Shown here piece after piece: positions 38,524 to 51,908 of a DNA stretch of 64,000 nt (position 1 is its first letter; every line of letters starts with the position of its first letter). Source of the stretch: Podarcis gaigeae (Eukaryota); assembly GCA_964106915.2 (NCBI GenBank), contig OZ066919.1. One strand, written 5' to 3'. A program made the translations under genes and the position numbers. The notes under the pieces are model-generated. The model had not been told where the DNA came from and did not search any database. It saw only the letters and a program-made list of their open reading frames with translations.

Positions 38524-38999
38524 AGTTTTATTAATAAGAAAAATGCCCATCACTACAATAGGGAGTGAGAAGAGAGGGAGAGGGAAAGTAGAAACAGTGC
38601 TTGAATATTATAAGGACCACTGGGGAATCCAGTGTGTCTCTGTTGAGATGCAATGCTCTTCCTCTGGCTCCCTGTCTGTGGAATGGAGAGTGGTCAGCTA
38701 CTGTCAGGTGTAGAGAAAAGGTTTTGTTCTTACCACAGAAGCAGTCAGTGTTTTAATAATATCCAACCATTCATTTATAAAGGAGAAAGTAAAATTAAGT
38801 TTGCTCATTCTTCCATAATCTCATCCTGGTTATTCTTTCAGTACAGCTCTGAGGCAAGGTGATCCAGTGCAGTTTAAAAAAATATTTTGATAACATAGTC
38901 ATTTATATTTTCCATATTATAGTATGATTGAGGTAGAGGAAAGTTTGTCAGAACATTTAGGAGTGTTGCAGGACTCAGAATAAAAAAAGATTTAAAATG

Positions 39000-39195
39000 T
39001 GCTGCAGTGGTTAGAGTGACTAACTAGGACCAGGGAGACCAGAATCCAAGTCCAACTGAGCTGTGAAGCTAACTGGGTGAACTTGGGCCACTCACTATTT
39101 GTCCACTTAGCTTACTTCACAAAGTTATTGAGAAAATAAAATGGCAGGGGAAATATATAGTGCTCTGGGGATTTTGGAGAAACAGCAAGACAAAT
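39000..39195 (+). mobile_element. Squam3/MIR-derived SINE
   Basis: gcagtggttagagtg head, actgggtgaacttgggccactcac CORE, ttgagaaaataaaatgg. Confidence 0.7.
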
Positions 39196-39459
39196 TGAAC
39201 AGATTTTGTTTCAGAGAAGACAAAGTATTTGGAGCAATTGAGCTTAAATCCTTCCTTCCTTCCTTGTTGGCTTCCTTCCTTTCTTTCTTCCTTCCTCGCT
39301 GCTTCACCCCTCTTCTTTTTTTTAGATTTGGTTCCCTACTTTGCTGCCCCCTGCTCCTGCCCTGTCTGTGAGCTTTCTAAATTCACTGAGGTCTTCCTCA
39401 AGGTGAAATGAAAGCGTCTGGTTGTGTTTGGTGGTGCAAGAGGGGGCAGCATGGCAATG

Positions 39460-39900
39460 TGGCCTGATCTTGTGATTAAACAAAGGGATTCAGCCAACAT
39501 GTGTAAAATTAAGTGATCAAGAGTTGATTACAGAGTGCATTGATTGTGTACTGATGGATTAAACGGAGTCGTGCTCAGGATGCGATTTTCCAAGCTGGAG
39601 AGAGAGTGCGAGCAATTGACGTGCCGGCCAGAAGGACCTACCTTCTCTTGAGCTCTGCCTTTTCTACATTCTCCGGATAAATCTGCAGAGAGGCCTCTGG
39701 AATTATAATCGATTATCCATTTCTCAAAGTCACTTAGGGGCCCTGAGCTACAAGCTAAAGTGCCGGCACTGCGAAGAAGCATTGGGTATGCGCCGGCATG
39801 AGCGGATGCCGACGCGAGAGGTATATGTGGCGTTGACCCTGCCTGCTGCAAGCTGATGAATCTATTTTCTTGTAGGAAATAGTTTTGACAGTTCAATATC
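39460..39900. promoter_or_regulatory. Candidate CNE/enhancer, CpG-retaining
   Basis: TGATGGATTA 39552-39561, TGACAG 39886-39891, many CpGs in repeat-free sequence. Confidence 0.55.
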
Positions 39901-41084
39901 TGTGTTTTCAGTATGTGTGCTTTCCCCTCCCCCTAGTCTCACCAAGCTAGTGGGAGGAGGGAGGGCAATGCTGTGGGAAAGGAATGGAGAAGAAAGAGTG
40001 GAGGGCTCTGCCCCGTCACTGCTTCAAATTATAGGCATCTCAGTATATCACCAACCTAGCAAGTTGCCCTCTAAGTCAAGGACAAGTGCTGCCTACAAGG
40101 ATGTCTTGTGGGAAAGAACTGGAGCTGCTGCCTTGTGCAAGATGGTTCCTGAGTGTCACACCTGCAGAGAAATGGAACTAAAAAATAATAATAATAAGTG
40201 GCTCCCTTCTCACGATGTTCTTTGCATGAACTTTATGCAGGGAACACTGTGTTCAAACATTCAATGCTACAAGCATAAGGGTGTATAGCCTTCCACAAGT
40301 CTATAAATATCCCCAGCTAAGGGAAAAATAGAAACTCTGGTGGAACTGGGAGTCATTATATTGGGGACTGGCTGGTGCTGCCCTCTGAAACACCCGGTTC
40401 TATTGGTATTAGAGATGGAGTGCAAACCAGGAAGGAATAGGGATTGTGTATACTCTGTAGTTGGAAAACTACAGAGCGGTAGTTTTTGTGCCCCATCCAT
40501 TCTAGAAATGAGCATGTAGAATTGTAGCCACTACACAGGTTTTGGGTTTTTGGCTTGAGGTACCTATGTGCCTCTCATCCTGTCTGGTGGTGGCATTGAG
40601 CTACAAAGCGATCTTGATTCTGTTTCCTCCAGATTGCTAGTCCATGTAGTCTTTATAATGCTTTCTCCTTTTCAGAGGATGTAGGCCATGTTGACCATTC
40701 ATGAGCTTTTCATTCCTTACTTGTCATATCTATATATTTTAGTTCAAAAGCCTGAAACGCACGTTTAGAACTAGAGGGAGCTAGTTAGTTCCTCCAGTTG
40801 CTCCATTATTGTTGTTCCTCTAAAACAGTTAGAGATGGACTGTGCGTAGGATATTTTAGTTTCCACTTCTTTAAATAGTGTGAAAATTTCTGCCATCATT
40901 GACTAGAAAAACATGATTTAGTAACTTTGGCCAATAGGTATTTTTTTAGATAGACCCCTGACCATAGAGATACTTGGAGTTTTAGCATGCCTTGTGTATA
41001 CAGAATACTCAAAGGCCATTAGACTAGTAAGAGTGAGACCAAATATATTTGTAAGCCCTACATTTGAACACAATTTAAAGAGAT

Positions 41085-41695
41085 GAGTTTGCCTTTTCCA
41101 GATCTATAGTGTGGTCCCATCTGAAATGCTGTGTACAGTTCTGGTTACCCAATTTCAAAGAGGATGCTGTAGAGTTGGAAAAGATATAGAATGGGGCAAC
41201 CATAGTGACCAAGGGATTGTAGCATCATCTCACCAGGAAAGGTGTAAGTGTGGGACTTCCTAGTTTGGGGGGAGGGGAGATGATGATGGGGAAACGATAG
41301 AGGTTTATAATATTAGGTATACTACAGATTTCAAGATTATCAAATGAAATTGATTGGCAGTAGACTCAAGATAGACAAAATAAAGAACTTCTTCATACAA
41401 TGAACTCATTGCTGCCGTATGTGATGGCCACTAGCTTAGATGCTTTTAAGAGGGGATTAGACTAATTCATGGAGGATAAAGCTATATAAATGCCCACCAG
41501 TCATAATGGTTGTCTTACCTCCAAAATCAGAGGGAGTATGCCTCTGAGTACCATTTGCTAGGGATCAGCAGCAGTTGTGGGCTGTTGTTTTCCTGCCCTG
41601 GCTATTGGCTTCTTAGAAACATCTAGTTGGCTACCATGTAGAAACAGAATGTTTGGCTAGAATGGCCTTTGCTGGGATCCAACAGGGCTCTCCTT
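41085..41695 (+). mobile_element. CR1 LINE 3' fragment
   Basis: ORF2 end (HL..CVQFW.P.FK.D..ELEK) and 3' UTR ending gggatccaacagggctctcc. Confidence 0.8.
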
Positions 41696-42669
41696 AACCA
41701 AGAGAAAGTAATTTCTGGCATAGTGTTTGAGGACTCCTGTGCTACTATTGTACAACATACAATTAGCTCTTACAACACCTGTCTCTGCACCATAAGCCCT
41801 ACCTAGTCAAACTATTCAAGTTGGGAGGGGTGGGTGGGGAGGTGCCCCTCACAAGCAGAAGGCTACATTAAAATCCATGGCCATTGCATAGTCATCCATT
41901 TTTGCCTTCCTTTAACATTTGAGTTAGTGGTACTTTTAAGCTTATTTACATAATCAGGAGAGCCAGAGATTTGCAACAAATGTTCTATGCAAGCTGAGGA
42001 AGTGTAAATGCTAAAATAAAAGCATATGCTCATGAAGATATTGGTCCCACACCAGCTGCTGCTGTTTCAGTGGCTTGATCCATCTAATTGTTGCCCACAT
42101 CTGCGCTCCCCTCCTGTACTTGTCCCTGATCTTGGTTAGCTTCTGAAGACACAGGCAGAACTTACGTATTTAACTGTCCCTCTTGCCAATATTCACATAC
42201 ATCTTCTGAATAAGATGCTAGAAAAATCTTTGCTGCACCAGAGACCACACCCATGAACCTTCCAGCTTCAGCTCAACATCCAGCATCCACTGACAACAAA
42301 AGGTATGGATTGGCCTTACTACACATTTACCCTAACCATGAGAGTACAGAATCTGTGATCAGATCTCCTTTTTCTTTTAATTTAAATATATGCCCTTTCC
42401 TACACCAAAAGATGCTCAAAGTTGTGTACACGTAAAGGAAAATATTTGGAGGAGGGGGAATTAAATTAAAACAAGTATGAACAGTAAATATGAAGAAGAA
42501 AATAGCTTGTCCACATACATTTCTTTTAATGGGGCTAGGGGAAATTTTAATCAGAAAAACTGCTGGGGGAAAGGGTTAAACCCATGGGTCCAATCCGATA
42601 TCCATCTCTTCCCACTGCAGCTTCTGTTTGCTGACATTTAAAGAGGTGGGAGGTCTGATCTAATTTGGC

Positions 42670-42945
42670 CAGGGATAGGAAACCTTTTTCAGCCCAACAA
42701 CCACATTTCCTTCTGGGCAACCTTCTGAGGACCACATGGCAGTGGTGGGAGAGGCCAGGCAGCAAATGTAATTTTTGCCTTTATACGGTAGCAGGAGGCA
42801 AAGTTCTAGGATCCCTCTATCAAAGTTCAAGGATCCCTCCTAGCCAGGCAAAAAACACTCCTGGTGCAAAGCAGGGCCAGTGAAGGATGTGTCCTGGGGA
42901 GAGTTCTGTGGGTTAGATAGAGAGGCCTGAGTTTCCCCTCCTCTG
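42670..42945. mobile_element. hAT-type MITE, degraded
   Basis: cagggataggaaacctttttcagccc left end and gagtttcccctcctctg right end. Confidence 0.55.
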
Positions 42946-43474
42946 ACTGACACCCATTGATAGTCTGTGGAGGCCACAATTCACTTAGGGATGGAAGACA
43001 GTTTCAAAAACAAGCACACACAAACATACAGACTCTCACACACAAACGCCCCCCTTCCCAAAAAAATATGTATATGATGCACTCACAAACTCTAAATCAG
43101 CAAGTCCATGGAGGAGGTCAAAGAATTGACTAACAGTTGAGCCTCGTGCTTCAAGAGCTCCTAAATCTCTGACATAAACACAAAGTGAATTATGTAAAAT
43201 GGATTCTTTTAAGATTGCTCCAGTCCATGTATACTGTTCTCTGATGCAGTTTGACACTGCTTACTCTAAGAGACAGGATCTTGAAGAAGATAGACAAGTC
43301 ATTTGATCAAATCTGGCAGTTGCTCTTTTCTTATGATCACTTCTTTGCCTACTAGCAGAAAACTTCTAACTTCATACAAAGGAACTGTAACAACTGTCTA
43401 CTAAATCCTACAAGCTTAGTAATGCACATAGCAGCCAAGCAGAGCAAAGCCAATTGATTACCAGTGTTCTGGAG

Positions 43475-43614
43475 CAGCACTTCCTAACCCTGGATCCCCA
43501 GATGTTGTTGGACTACAACTCCCATCATCCTTAGCCAGCAGTGCCAGTGGTCAGGGGTGATTAGAATTGTAATTCAACAATATCTGGAGAGTCACAGGTC
43601 CCCGATCCCCACTG
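43475..43614. mobile_element. Short palindromic hAT-like MITE (actacaactc family)
   Basis: ccagatgttgttggactacaactcccatcatcc / ttgtaattcaacaatatctgg. Confidence 0.7.
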
Positions 43615-44689
43615 TAGAGGAATCCTCACCCCATTCTTGCTCCCATAACCTCACCTAGTTCTCATGGCAATTGATCATCATTATTACTCTGGATTCTCTT
43701 GTATTTGTCTTGCTGCAGTTTCTGTGAGTCATCTAGTAGCCAGCTGTACCAAAGACCATGCTTATGTACCCACCCCTTTGTCAGGGCAGAATCTCTCTTA
43801 CAAAAGCAAAGCTCCATGTTACACCATCAGAAACAGTTCAGGCTGCTTAGGAAGGAAGCTGGTATTTCATTTCATCTGTGGATGTATTTATCATTGTTCT
43901 TATTTTTGAGTACCTCTTGCAAAGTGATCATTAGCTTGAATAAAAAATAAGTGACTGGGCCATGCATATAAAAGTTATGTGTGGTGATCCATTATGATTC
44001 AGTCAGGTGTTTGTTAGAAACTGAGTGTGAGACCAAGGATCAAAGCAGCTTCTAATGATTTAGAACTAAAGTCAAATTTTCTCATGAACAGGCTGCTCCC
44101 CAGCATGGAAAGAGTGGTCTGGTGGCTTCCTTTAAAGCTTCCCCCCACCCCCTTTAATTATTGTTTTATTGAATAAGCTTATAACATCTTCCACAATACT
44201 AACATAAATGCACCAGTAACCTGGTAAAAGGAAAGGAAAGGAAGCCTGGAAAGGAGAGGGAACAGTTAAAGGAAATACAAAGAAAGTTATACATAGGAGG
44301 TCATCATATCATCAAGTGAAGCACCTATACAAGCCAGTCAATATGTAAATTTAGCATTATTCAGATCCTTTGCCCCAGACACTAGGCAAAGGTCTCTATA
44401 TATGCTGACCATATCTGCCTTCCTTTGAAGCTTGGATTTCTTCAGATTGACCATGGGAAATGGCATAGAATGAGGTGACAAGTGTGGAAAGTTTAGTGTT
44501 AGTGAATCTAGGTATGTTACCAGTTTTCCATTCTTTCTCTGCTGGGATGAGGGCAACACTTTCCCTCCATTGCTCATGGAGCTGGCTGCCCAGGTGGGCT
44601 TAGGGAATGAAGAGCTCAGGAAAGACAGGCTGGTGTGTGTGGCTCTTTCTTTCAGATCTCTGCCACGGTGTCTTCTTTCTTTCTTCCTT

Positions 44690-45190
44690 CTCATCGAGAA
44701 TTCATTGTCTTGTCAGCCTCTAGTTAGCTGGCGTGCGTGCGAATCATAAATTACACAGCCTGGGCCTCTACTAGGCTTCAGCACAGACAAAAAAATTGCA
44801 CTCCATCACTGTGTCGCCCAGCTTTTAGCGGTATTGATCAACGCAGCCCCCTCCCCCCCTTTCATTTTAACCGAGCTGGTTAAGTGCAGTATCTTATTTT
44901 GTGCTGGGACAAATGAAAAGAATATTAGCAGGGGTTGAAATATATCTCTTTTTTATCTCTCTGCTACTTTTTTATTGAATCTCTCTGAGTAGGTGGCTTT
45001 CCGCAGGATGACAGCCTCCTGACAGGCCCCTCATTAGAGACTAGACAGTAATTGTGATGCATTTCCCTGCACGGCCTTTTCACTTCTTTCCCCTTCCCCC
45101 CTTCCTCCTCTCTCCCTTTCTCCTGATTTGTAAAGTGATTGGATGTACAGACTCGCTCAGTTTCTTAAATTATTGCCCAGCTCAATCCAT
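44690..45190. promoter_or_regulatory. Candidate CNE/enhancer
   Basis: TCATAAATTA Hox-type site, TATTGATCAA Onecut-like site, tandem TGACAG near 45009 and 45020, retained CpGs. Confidence 0.5.
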
Positions 45191-45850
45191 CTTCCTCTTG
45201 CTGAGGATGGGCAGCTGTGGGCTTAGAATCAGGAGCTGGAGACTCAGCTCCTTGTGGCAGAAACGGAGCGCTGAGCACTCCTGGACATGGAATATTGGGC
45301 TGGAGGGGCCATGGAGTTGGCACTGTTCAGCAGAAGCACAGACCTCTGCTGTCTGAACTCACTGGGTACCATACCTGTGACTGTAATCCTAGCAAACTTG
45401 TGCTCTTCCTTATCTCTACATAAGCCTCAGTGAGCATGGAACTAAGCTTTAAACTAGGGTGGAACTAAGCCTTCAGTTAAACTCCCCCTTCTCTCCAGCC
45501 TCTAGTTCAACTCCCCCTGTATCCTGACATCATTAAACAGTGTGATTCTCCACCACACTTGTGGCAAGACACACAGTAAGTTGTACTAGGCATTGTCAAG
45601 GGGAGCCTGCCATTTTCAGAAGTAGCGCTGTGTGTCAAAGATCCACCCTCCCTAAGGTCCTGACTATTTAAATGTTGTAGTAGATGTTTTCTCGGGACGT
45701 GAGGAAACAAAAGATGTGATTCCTAAAATGCTCCAAAGTAGTAGGCAGTTTTTCATACATGGTTCAAATAAGCGGTTAAACAAATGGCTAAACTTTCTGG
45801 AATTTTTTTTTGGGGGGGGGTTGAGGGGGTCGTTCTGTTTGAGAATTTAG

Positions 45851-46270
45851 AAGCATGGAAGTGTAGAGTTTGAAGGGAACCTGAGGGTCATTTAGTCCAA
45901 CCCCCTGCAATGCAAACATCTTAGCTAAAGCATCCATGGCAGATGGCCAATGAACCTTTGCTTAAAAACATCCAATAAAGAAGAGTACACCACCTTCTGA
46001 GGGAGTTGGTTCTGCTGTTGAACAGCTCTTACTGTCAGAGAATTCTTCCTCATGTTTAGTCAGAATTTCCTTTTTTGTAACTTGAAACCATTGCCTTGAG
46101 TCCTACCCTCAAGAGCAGGCAAAAACAAGCTTTCCCCATCTTCCATGTGACAGCCCTGTAGACATCTGAATATTGTTCTCTCCTCTTCACTCTCCTCTTA
46201 TCCAGGCTAAACATACCCAACTCCCTCAACTGTTCCTCATAAAACTTGGTTTCCAGACGCTTTATCATCT
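45851..46270 (-). mobile_element. CR1 LINE 3' fragment
   Basis: Antisense ORF MIKRLETKFYEEQLRELGMFSLDKRR (CR1 ORF2 C-terminus) plus CR1 tail. Confidence 0.9.
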
Positions 46271-46710
46271 TGTCAGGGACTGGCAGGGCTCCGAAGTGTG
46301 TGTGGTGGAGGCAGCGGTCAAGGGGAGTGACCCAGGAAAGGGGACCAGTGACATATGGGGTTTGACGCTGCCCACAAGGCAGGACCCGGGCAAGGGGGAA
46401 GAGGGAGAGTCAGGGCAGTCCAGGATGGAGGAAAAGACTGTTCAGGTGACAGATGGGTCTGTGGACTCCTCACCTTTCTCTGCCCCACTGTCTCCTCGAA
46501 CAGTGACAACTTCTGTGCAGGAAGCGTCTCAGGTTGTGTGTGCACAACCTGTCAGGGGAGGGTATATAAGCTGGCAGGGAGGAGGGGTCTCACTGTTGCT
46601 GCAACTGATCCACAGGGTATAGAATTGTGTGGGACAGTTGCTTAGTGGCTAGAGGTGTGTGTGCATCTGCATCTGGAGCACGAAGAGAGTTGTTGTAAAT
46701 ACAGTCACAG
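46271..46710 (+). mobile_element. Probable LTR (Gypsy-like solo LTR remnant) abutting the CR1
   Basis: Abrupt start TGTCAGG, GA-rich U3-like region, TATA box gtatataagc near 46562. 3' boundary uncertain and no TSD. Confidence 0.5.
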
Positions 46711-48964
46711 GAATTGGGTGGGTACCAGAATCCCATTTTTAAGATGTCATATTATGGGGAAAAGAGTAAGGGGGCTTTAGTGAAATCCACAAGCCCCACT
46801 CCCTGCTTCCACCAATTTTAGCCAAATCACAATGTGTTTCCCCTGCAGTCTTCTAAATCTGTAGCTAAGCAGAACATCACAAAAGTTAAGGGGGCTGGGC
46901 CCAGTCTCAACCACTGTAATCCAAGCAGTGGATTTTCTCATTGGCTTGTGCTTTCTAGGGATAAGTTCTCTGCTGGTACTTTAATGATATGGTTGTGGTA
47001 GGCTGAAATCTGAGTGATACAGATTTAAAGTATGGAAGATCCTGTTTTAGGGTTAGGGTTACTGAGGTTACTGTTCAAGGCTTTTGTGTCCATTTCTCTC
47101 TTTGGATTTTATGATGTACTCAAGGCCAGGCAAGGGCAGTCAAACACTGTTTTTGCGTATTCCGCATTTGCCCTTTTCCCTCTGACCCTTGTCTCCTGCC
47201 TTGCTTTTGGTAGTATTAACTGCCATTGCCCGTATGAGGAAAAGAGGGTAAAGGGGCGGCACTTAAAAGGCAGAAAAAACTAAAGTAAGCCATTTGTTGA
47301 GGTGTGTACTTGTGTCCAGCGGGATTAACAAAAAAAAACCTCTCAGACCTGTGCCTAGAAAACATGAAACAGAATAAAACATGGACCAAACAGAAGTGTG
47401 AATGTGCCCGTAGTTGCATAAATCTATTCTGAACTTCTAACAGAAAGCATGACCAGACTGTGATATAAGTTGTCTAGGGAAGTTACAGAAGCAATGTCAC
47501 TTTTCTGTCTTAAGTTTCTTCAGATTTCTGCCTTAGAGAGCCTTTGTGGTTCCTTCCCACTTGATACATCAGTATGCAATGGTATTTAAGTGTACTATGC
47601 GATAACTAATTTGTTTTGACTAGCAATCTGTCTTGCACATCTTTACATCGGCTAAATTTGATCTCCCCCTGAGTCTGCATCCCTGTGCTCTTTTGGATGC
47701 ATTATTTTGACACCTGAACAAATTCCTCTTAATTGTCATGTAATTATCATCCTCGGGAGACAGTGACTGCTATGCGCAAGAAGTTCAGTGTCCTCTTTGG
47801 TGCCAAACAAGAAATTGCCAAAAGAAGAAGGTACAAGCGAACTCAGCTGATATCAGTAGCCTGAACAATTCAGCTTGCCTTATAGGGATTGGGTGTTTGG
47901 GCAAGTTTGTCAGATCCCTAGGGGAAAACGTCATTAAAGGGTTGGATCTAAATGCTTAGAATAAAAACAAACAAGCAAACTGTATATGAGTGCCTCCTTA
48001 CAGCCATGAGCCGGCAGTGTTTCTGGGTGCAGAAGCATCATTTGGTTGCTCCAAAGCTAATGTGGACCCTCCTTAGAATGATTGTTTTCTGAGCTGGAGG
48101 GAGAGGCAGCTTGTCACGGCAGACACCTGCTATCAGCCAAGGAATAACAGCAGGCCCATCACCAAGGGAAGAATAATCCCCACAGAACCTTCAGGAGCTT
48201 GATTACAGACCCTGAGGCTGTGTCAGCATTTCTATTATGTTTCTGCCACTAGGCTTCTTCACAGCCTGTCAGGCAACAGGTCTCTGCTATGGGGAGAGGG
48301 CTGCTCATTTATTCTGGGGCGTTTCAGAGTAAATGATTTGGGTAGATTTGTTAAGTGAGACACATGTTTATGAAATGTGAGAGAGCGAGAGTGAAATTGC
48401 TTTGCTTTGCTGTTTGGCTGGAAAGCAGCCTTTGTTGCTGAAAATTAAGGGTATGTTGTCACAAAGCGTTGGCTATCAGATTACTTCCATGCAAAGCACC
48501 TACGAATCTGTTTGCATCCTGGAGCATGTTGCCCTTATCTTGGGGCACTGTCTTTCAGGCTCTGTGTAAACATGGCAGATTACTGTGGTGTTGGGGAGCA
48601 TCTCCACACCTACCATAACTCACAGAGGGGCAAACACAGTAAGAGTGTCTGCAGCACTGCTTCTTTGAGTTTGTGTAGAAGTGGCAGTAAGTGGGGGGGG
48701 GGAGCAAGTGGTAAAATATTTGCACCTTAAAATTAGAGAAGCTGGGACACTGTCAATGCAGTCATTCAGACCCAAGTGGTGTGATGAAATATTTGCCCTG
48801 ATTTGCAATATAGATTCTTGGGTATTGCTTCAACAGGGAGCCACAGCTCAATGTGCATTTGCTTGGCGTAGTTGTGCATGTTTGTGAAGCACCATCATGC
48901 ACAACCACGCTGGATAAAAAAAAGTAGTGCAGCCAACGCCTTAGTTTGCATATAGGAATCCTTT

Positions 48965-49465
48965 CTTCTTTTTTCCCTTTGCTAAAAATATATTTATTGA
49001 TTTTCTGAACTGAGTACTGAACATAAAAAGGATAAACAGTTATCTAGACAGAATACAGAGCTTAGTTAATGAAGTAAATAAGTATCAGCTGAAATTTGTA
49101 GTCACTTATATTCTAATATAGGCAGTCAAATAAAGGTGTTGCTCCATAGTGTTCCATGTGATGATGGTGGAGGGAAACCATGCTCAATTGATTTTACAGT
49201 CAATGCAAGCATACCATATTGTATAGAAGGTGTTCGCTTTCGCCCTGGTGTGATGTTCCTTTTGTAAAATAGTTAATTTTTCCATAAGGGTGATGTCCCA
49301 TACTTCTGACAACCAAGCTTCAAAAAGGTTTGTATCTAGAGTCTTCCAGTATGTTGCTATCACTAATTTAGCTGCTGCTAATAACAGCAGAGTAAGATCG
49401 TTATTGGTTTTATCTCGGTTTTGTGAGGAATCCTCTATATATAGATATTGGTTAGAAAACAACTA
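48965..49465 (-). mobile_element. L1-clade LINE 3' end (ORF2 C-terminus plus 3' UTR/poly-A)
   Basis: Antisense peptide LLLAAAKLVIATYWK...W..EVW....MEKLT...FYTIW, typical of non-mammalian L1 ORF2 ends. AATAAA and A-rich tail near 48970-49000. Confidence 0.75.
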
Positions 49466-50877
49466 CAATAAACCCCTTTCCTCCTCACAGCTATGCACTG
49501 TCTCCTATACAGCCATATTTTGTATTATTACGCCTTACCCGTTTAGCATGCATTATTATTTAAATGTCTAAAATTCAAAAAATACTCAGATGCGTCCTAG
49601 ATATATTCAGAAAGCAGTCTGTACTGTATGCACACAGTAAATTTTCAAAATTTTCTACAGTTGTCCCACAAAAGTGGTGGTGACGTCTCTGGAATGCTTC
49701 AGGAATAAACTCATTTTTTTATTCCAATATGGGGCATTACTACAAGTATCCCTTCCAGCCTTTTGTGAAGAGATGTTTTATTGTTATGACATCTACACAA
49801 TGTGCCTGTACCTTAATTTGGCAGCAATTTTGGCTACATCTAACAGCAGAAAGGATGAAAAAGCCACTGGGGACAGGAAATGGTGCCGCTGCAGACCCAT
49901 TGGCCCTGCAAATGTCTTCATATAACTTGAGACAATTCTAGGCACATTCATACATGCAGAGGTTCCTCCTGGGTAAGTGATAAAGTTGCTCAGTTCTCAG
50001 TGATGCAACCACCATGCCTCCTTTTTCACAGGCTGCCAGCAGGTGTGTTCTTGTTGCCCAGACAGACCCACCTAAGGCTGTGGTGTGTGAAGGGATTTCA
50101 CAGAGCTGCTCTTGTGGTTTCTGTGTTGAAGTACCAACCCCCCTCTGTCCCGCTTTCAGGACAGGAAATATTCAGTTTCAAACACTTAGAACGAAGCATT
50201 TATTTGGAGCCCAGGGGAGTCTGCACACACAGGAGAGGGACGTGGCTGGCCCTTTTCATCTTTGCAGTGTTAGCAAGCCAAGGGCTGCAGGGGAGAGAAC
50301 AGCCGTGCCAAGGAGGGTAAACACTGGAGATGAACCCTGCTGAGTTACAAGGGGCCAAAGGGAAGGGAAGGACAGGCAGGGAGGCCAAGCAAACACAAAC
50401 ACAGCTGCCAAAAACAAAGCTTGAAAGGGGCCATTTGAAGCCTGCAGCCTTGGCTGAAATATGGGGGCGTGGGAGCTCCTGGCACAATGGCATACTCAGA
50501 CTTGGCACAGACCGGGTAGTGTGGTTGGTTGCTTGGCACCACACTCTCAGCTGCCTTCGTATTTCCTTCAACAGGCGTAAGTTGGGAAGAAACAGAAAAC
50601 TGTAGCTGGTGGGTTCTGCGGGAGGTGCCTCTGTAAGGAGCAGATGTTATCTTGGGTGCTGGTTGACTCACAGTGCTAAAGTCACTCTGGCAACCCTCTG
50701 GATGAAATGATTTCAAGTGTACCCTTGAAATGGGTCCTTTTTTCCTACAGTGAGTCTGCAATCTCTCCCTCCCAGTGTCACATAAATTAAGTGATCTGAA
50801 AAGTCCATTTCGATCTTAGGCCAGCAAAAGATGGGCACCCATACGGGTTACTAATCTAGTAACTAGTTTTGTTTCTA

Positions 50878-50896
50878 TGCCGCCCTCTGCTGGCGA
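50878..50896 (-). promoter_or_regulatory. CTCF-like motif
   Basis: Reverse complement TCGCCAGCAGAGGGCGGCA fits the core CCASYAGRKGGCR. Confidence 0.6.
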
Positions 50897-51692
50897 TCAG
50901 ATGATCAGCATGCGGGACTGTAGTTTTTGGCAAAACCTTGGCTTCGTATTTTAATTTTTTTTAACAGCTGAGAATGTGTGTGGGGTTTTCTTACAAGCAA
51001 TTTAAAATCATATTTTTTTTCTGCCAAAACAAGGAAAATAATGAAGAAATTGCCCCCAGAAGAAGATGGGACAGAAACCCCATTAAAGTTGAAGAGCATT
51101 GAATTGATTGTCCTTTCGTGGCTCTGGGTCACATCTAGTGGTGATGGACAGAGAAGCAGCTCCAAGGAACATTTCATGCTCTGAAATGCTGTGGGAAGGG
51201 GACAGCAAGATCACCCTGCATGTTTACCCATCCAACCATGCAGACTGCAGCAGGGATCCTGCAGGATTTCCCGTTTGCTCAAAGGTTGCCTGTTTGTTTT
51301 AGGAGGGAGGTCTCAGACACCAGCATTGTTACACTAATGGGACTATAGTTATAAATAGCAGCCAGTGGGGGACCTTCTGGGGTTATTTTGGACTTTGACC
51401 ATACAAAAGTGGAATGGCTCCAAGAGGAAGCTGGGATTGCTCACCCTCCCAGTCAATGTGAGAGGATTGTTTAGGTCTGGCTATTATTGAAAAGCAGCAG
51501 CACTCTGTGTGTGATGGAGCAACAGTGAGCACTGCAAAACAGGCCAGTTGTTCTCCTTCTGATCCATAGCAGGGCTTATAGCAGGGGTGATGGTGGTAAA
51601 GACCAGCAGTCTGTCTCTGTTCTGGAAGAGGAGTTTAACAATGCCTGAATAAGAATAATCTGAATAATTTGCTGGTATGAACTGCAGCATAT

Positions 51693-51908
51693 TTTGTTTA
51701 TTTATTACATTTATGCCCCCTCCAAGGAGCTCAGTGGGGCATACATGTTCTTCTCCCTCCCCATTTTATCCTCACAACAACCATGTGGGGTAGGCTAGAC
51801 TAAGAGTGAGTGACTGGCCCAAGGTCATCCAGCGAGCTTCATGGCTGAGTGGCCATTTGAAGCCTGGTCTTCCAGGTCTTAGTCCACCCCTCTAACCACT
51901 ACACCACC
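51693..51908 (-). mobile_element. Squam3/MIR-derived SINE
   Basis: Reverse complement GGTGTAGTGGTTAGAG head, CORE GATGACCTTGGGCCAGTCAC, tail CTCCTTGGAGG...ATAAAT. Confidence 0.85.

Noticed and set aside
44150-44540. Possible second L1-type 3' end on the minus strand (IWSAYIET-like motif plus A-rich tail)
   Set aside because: Too degraded to support without a library search
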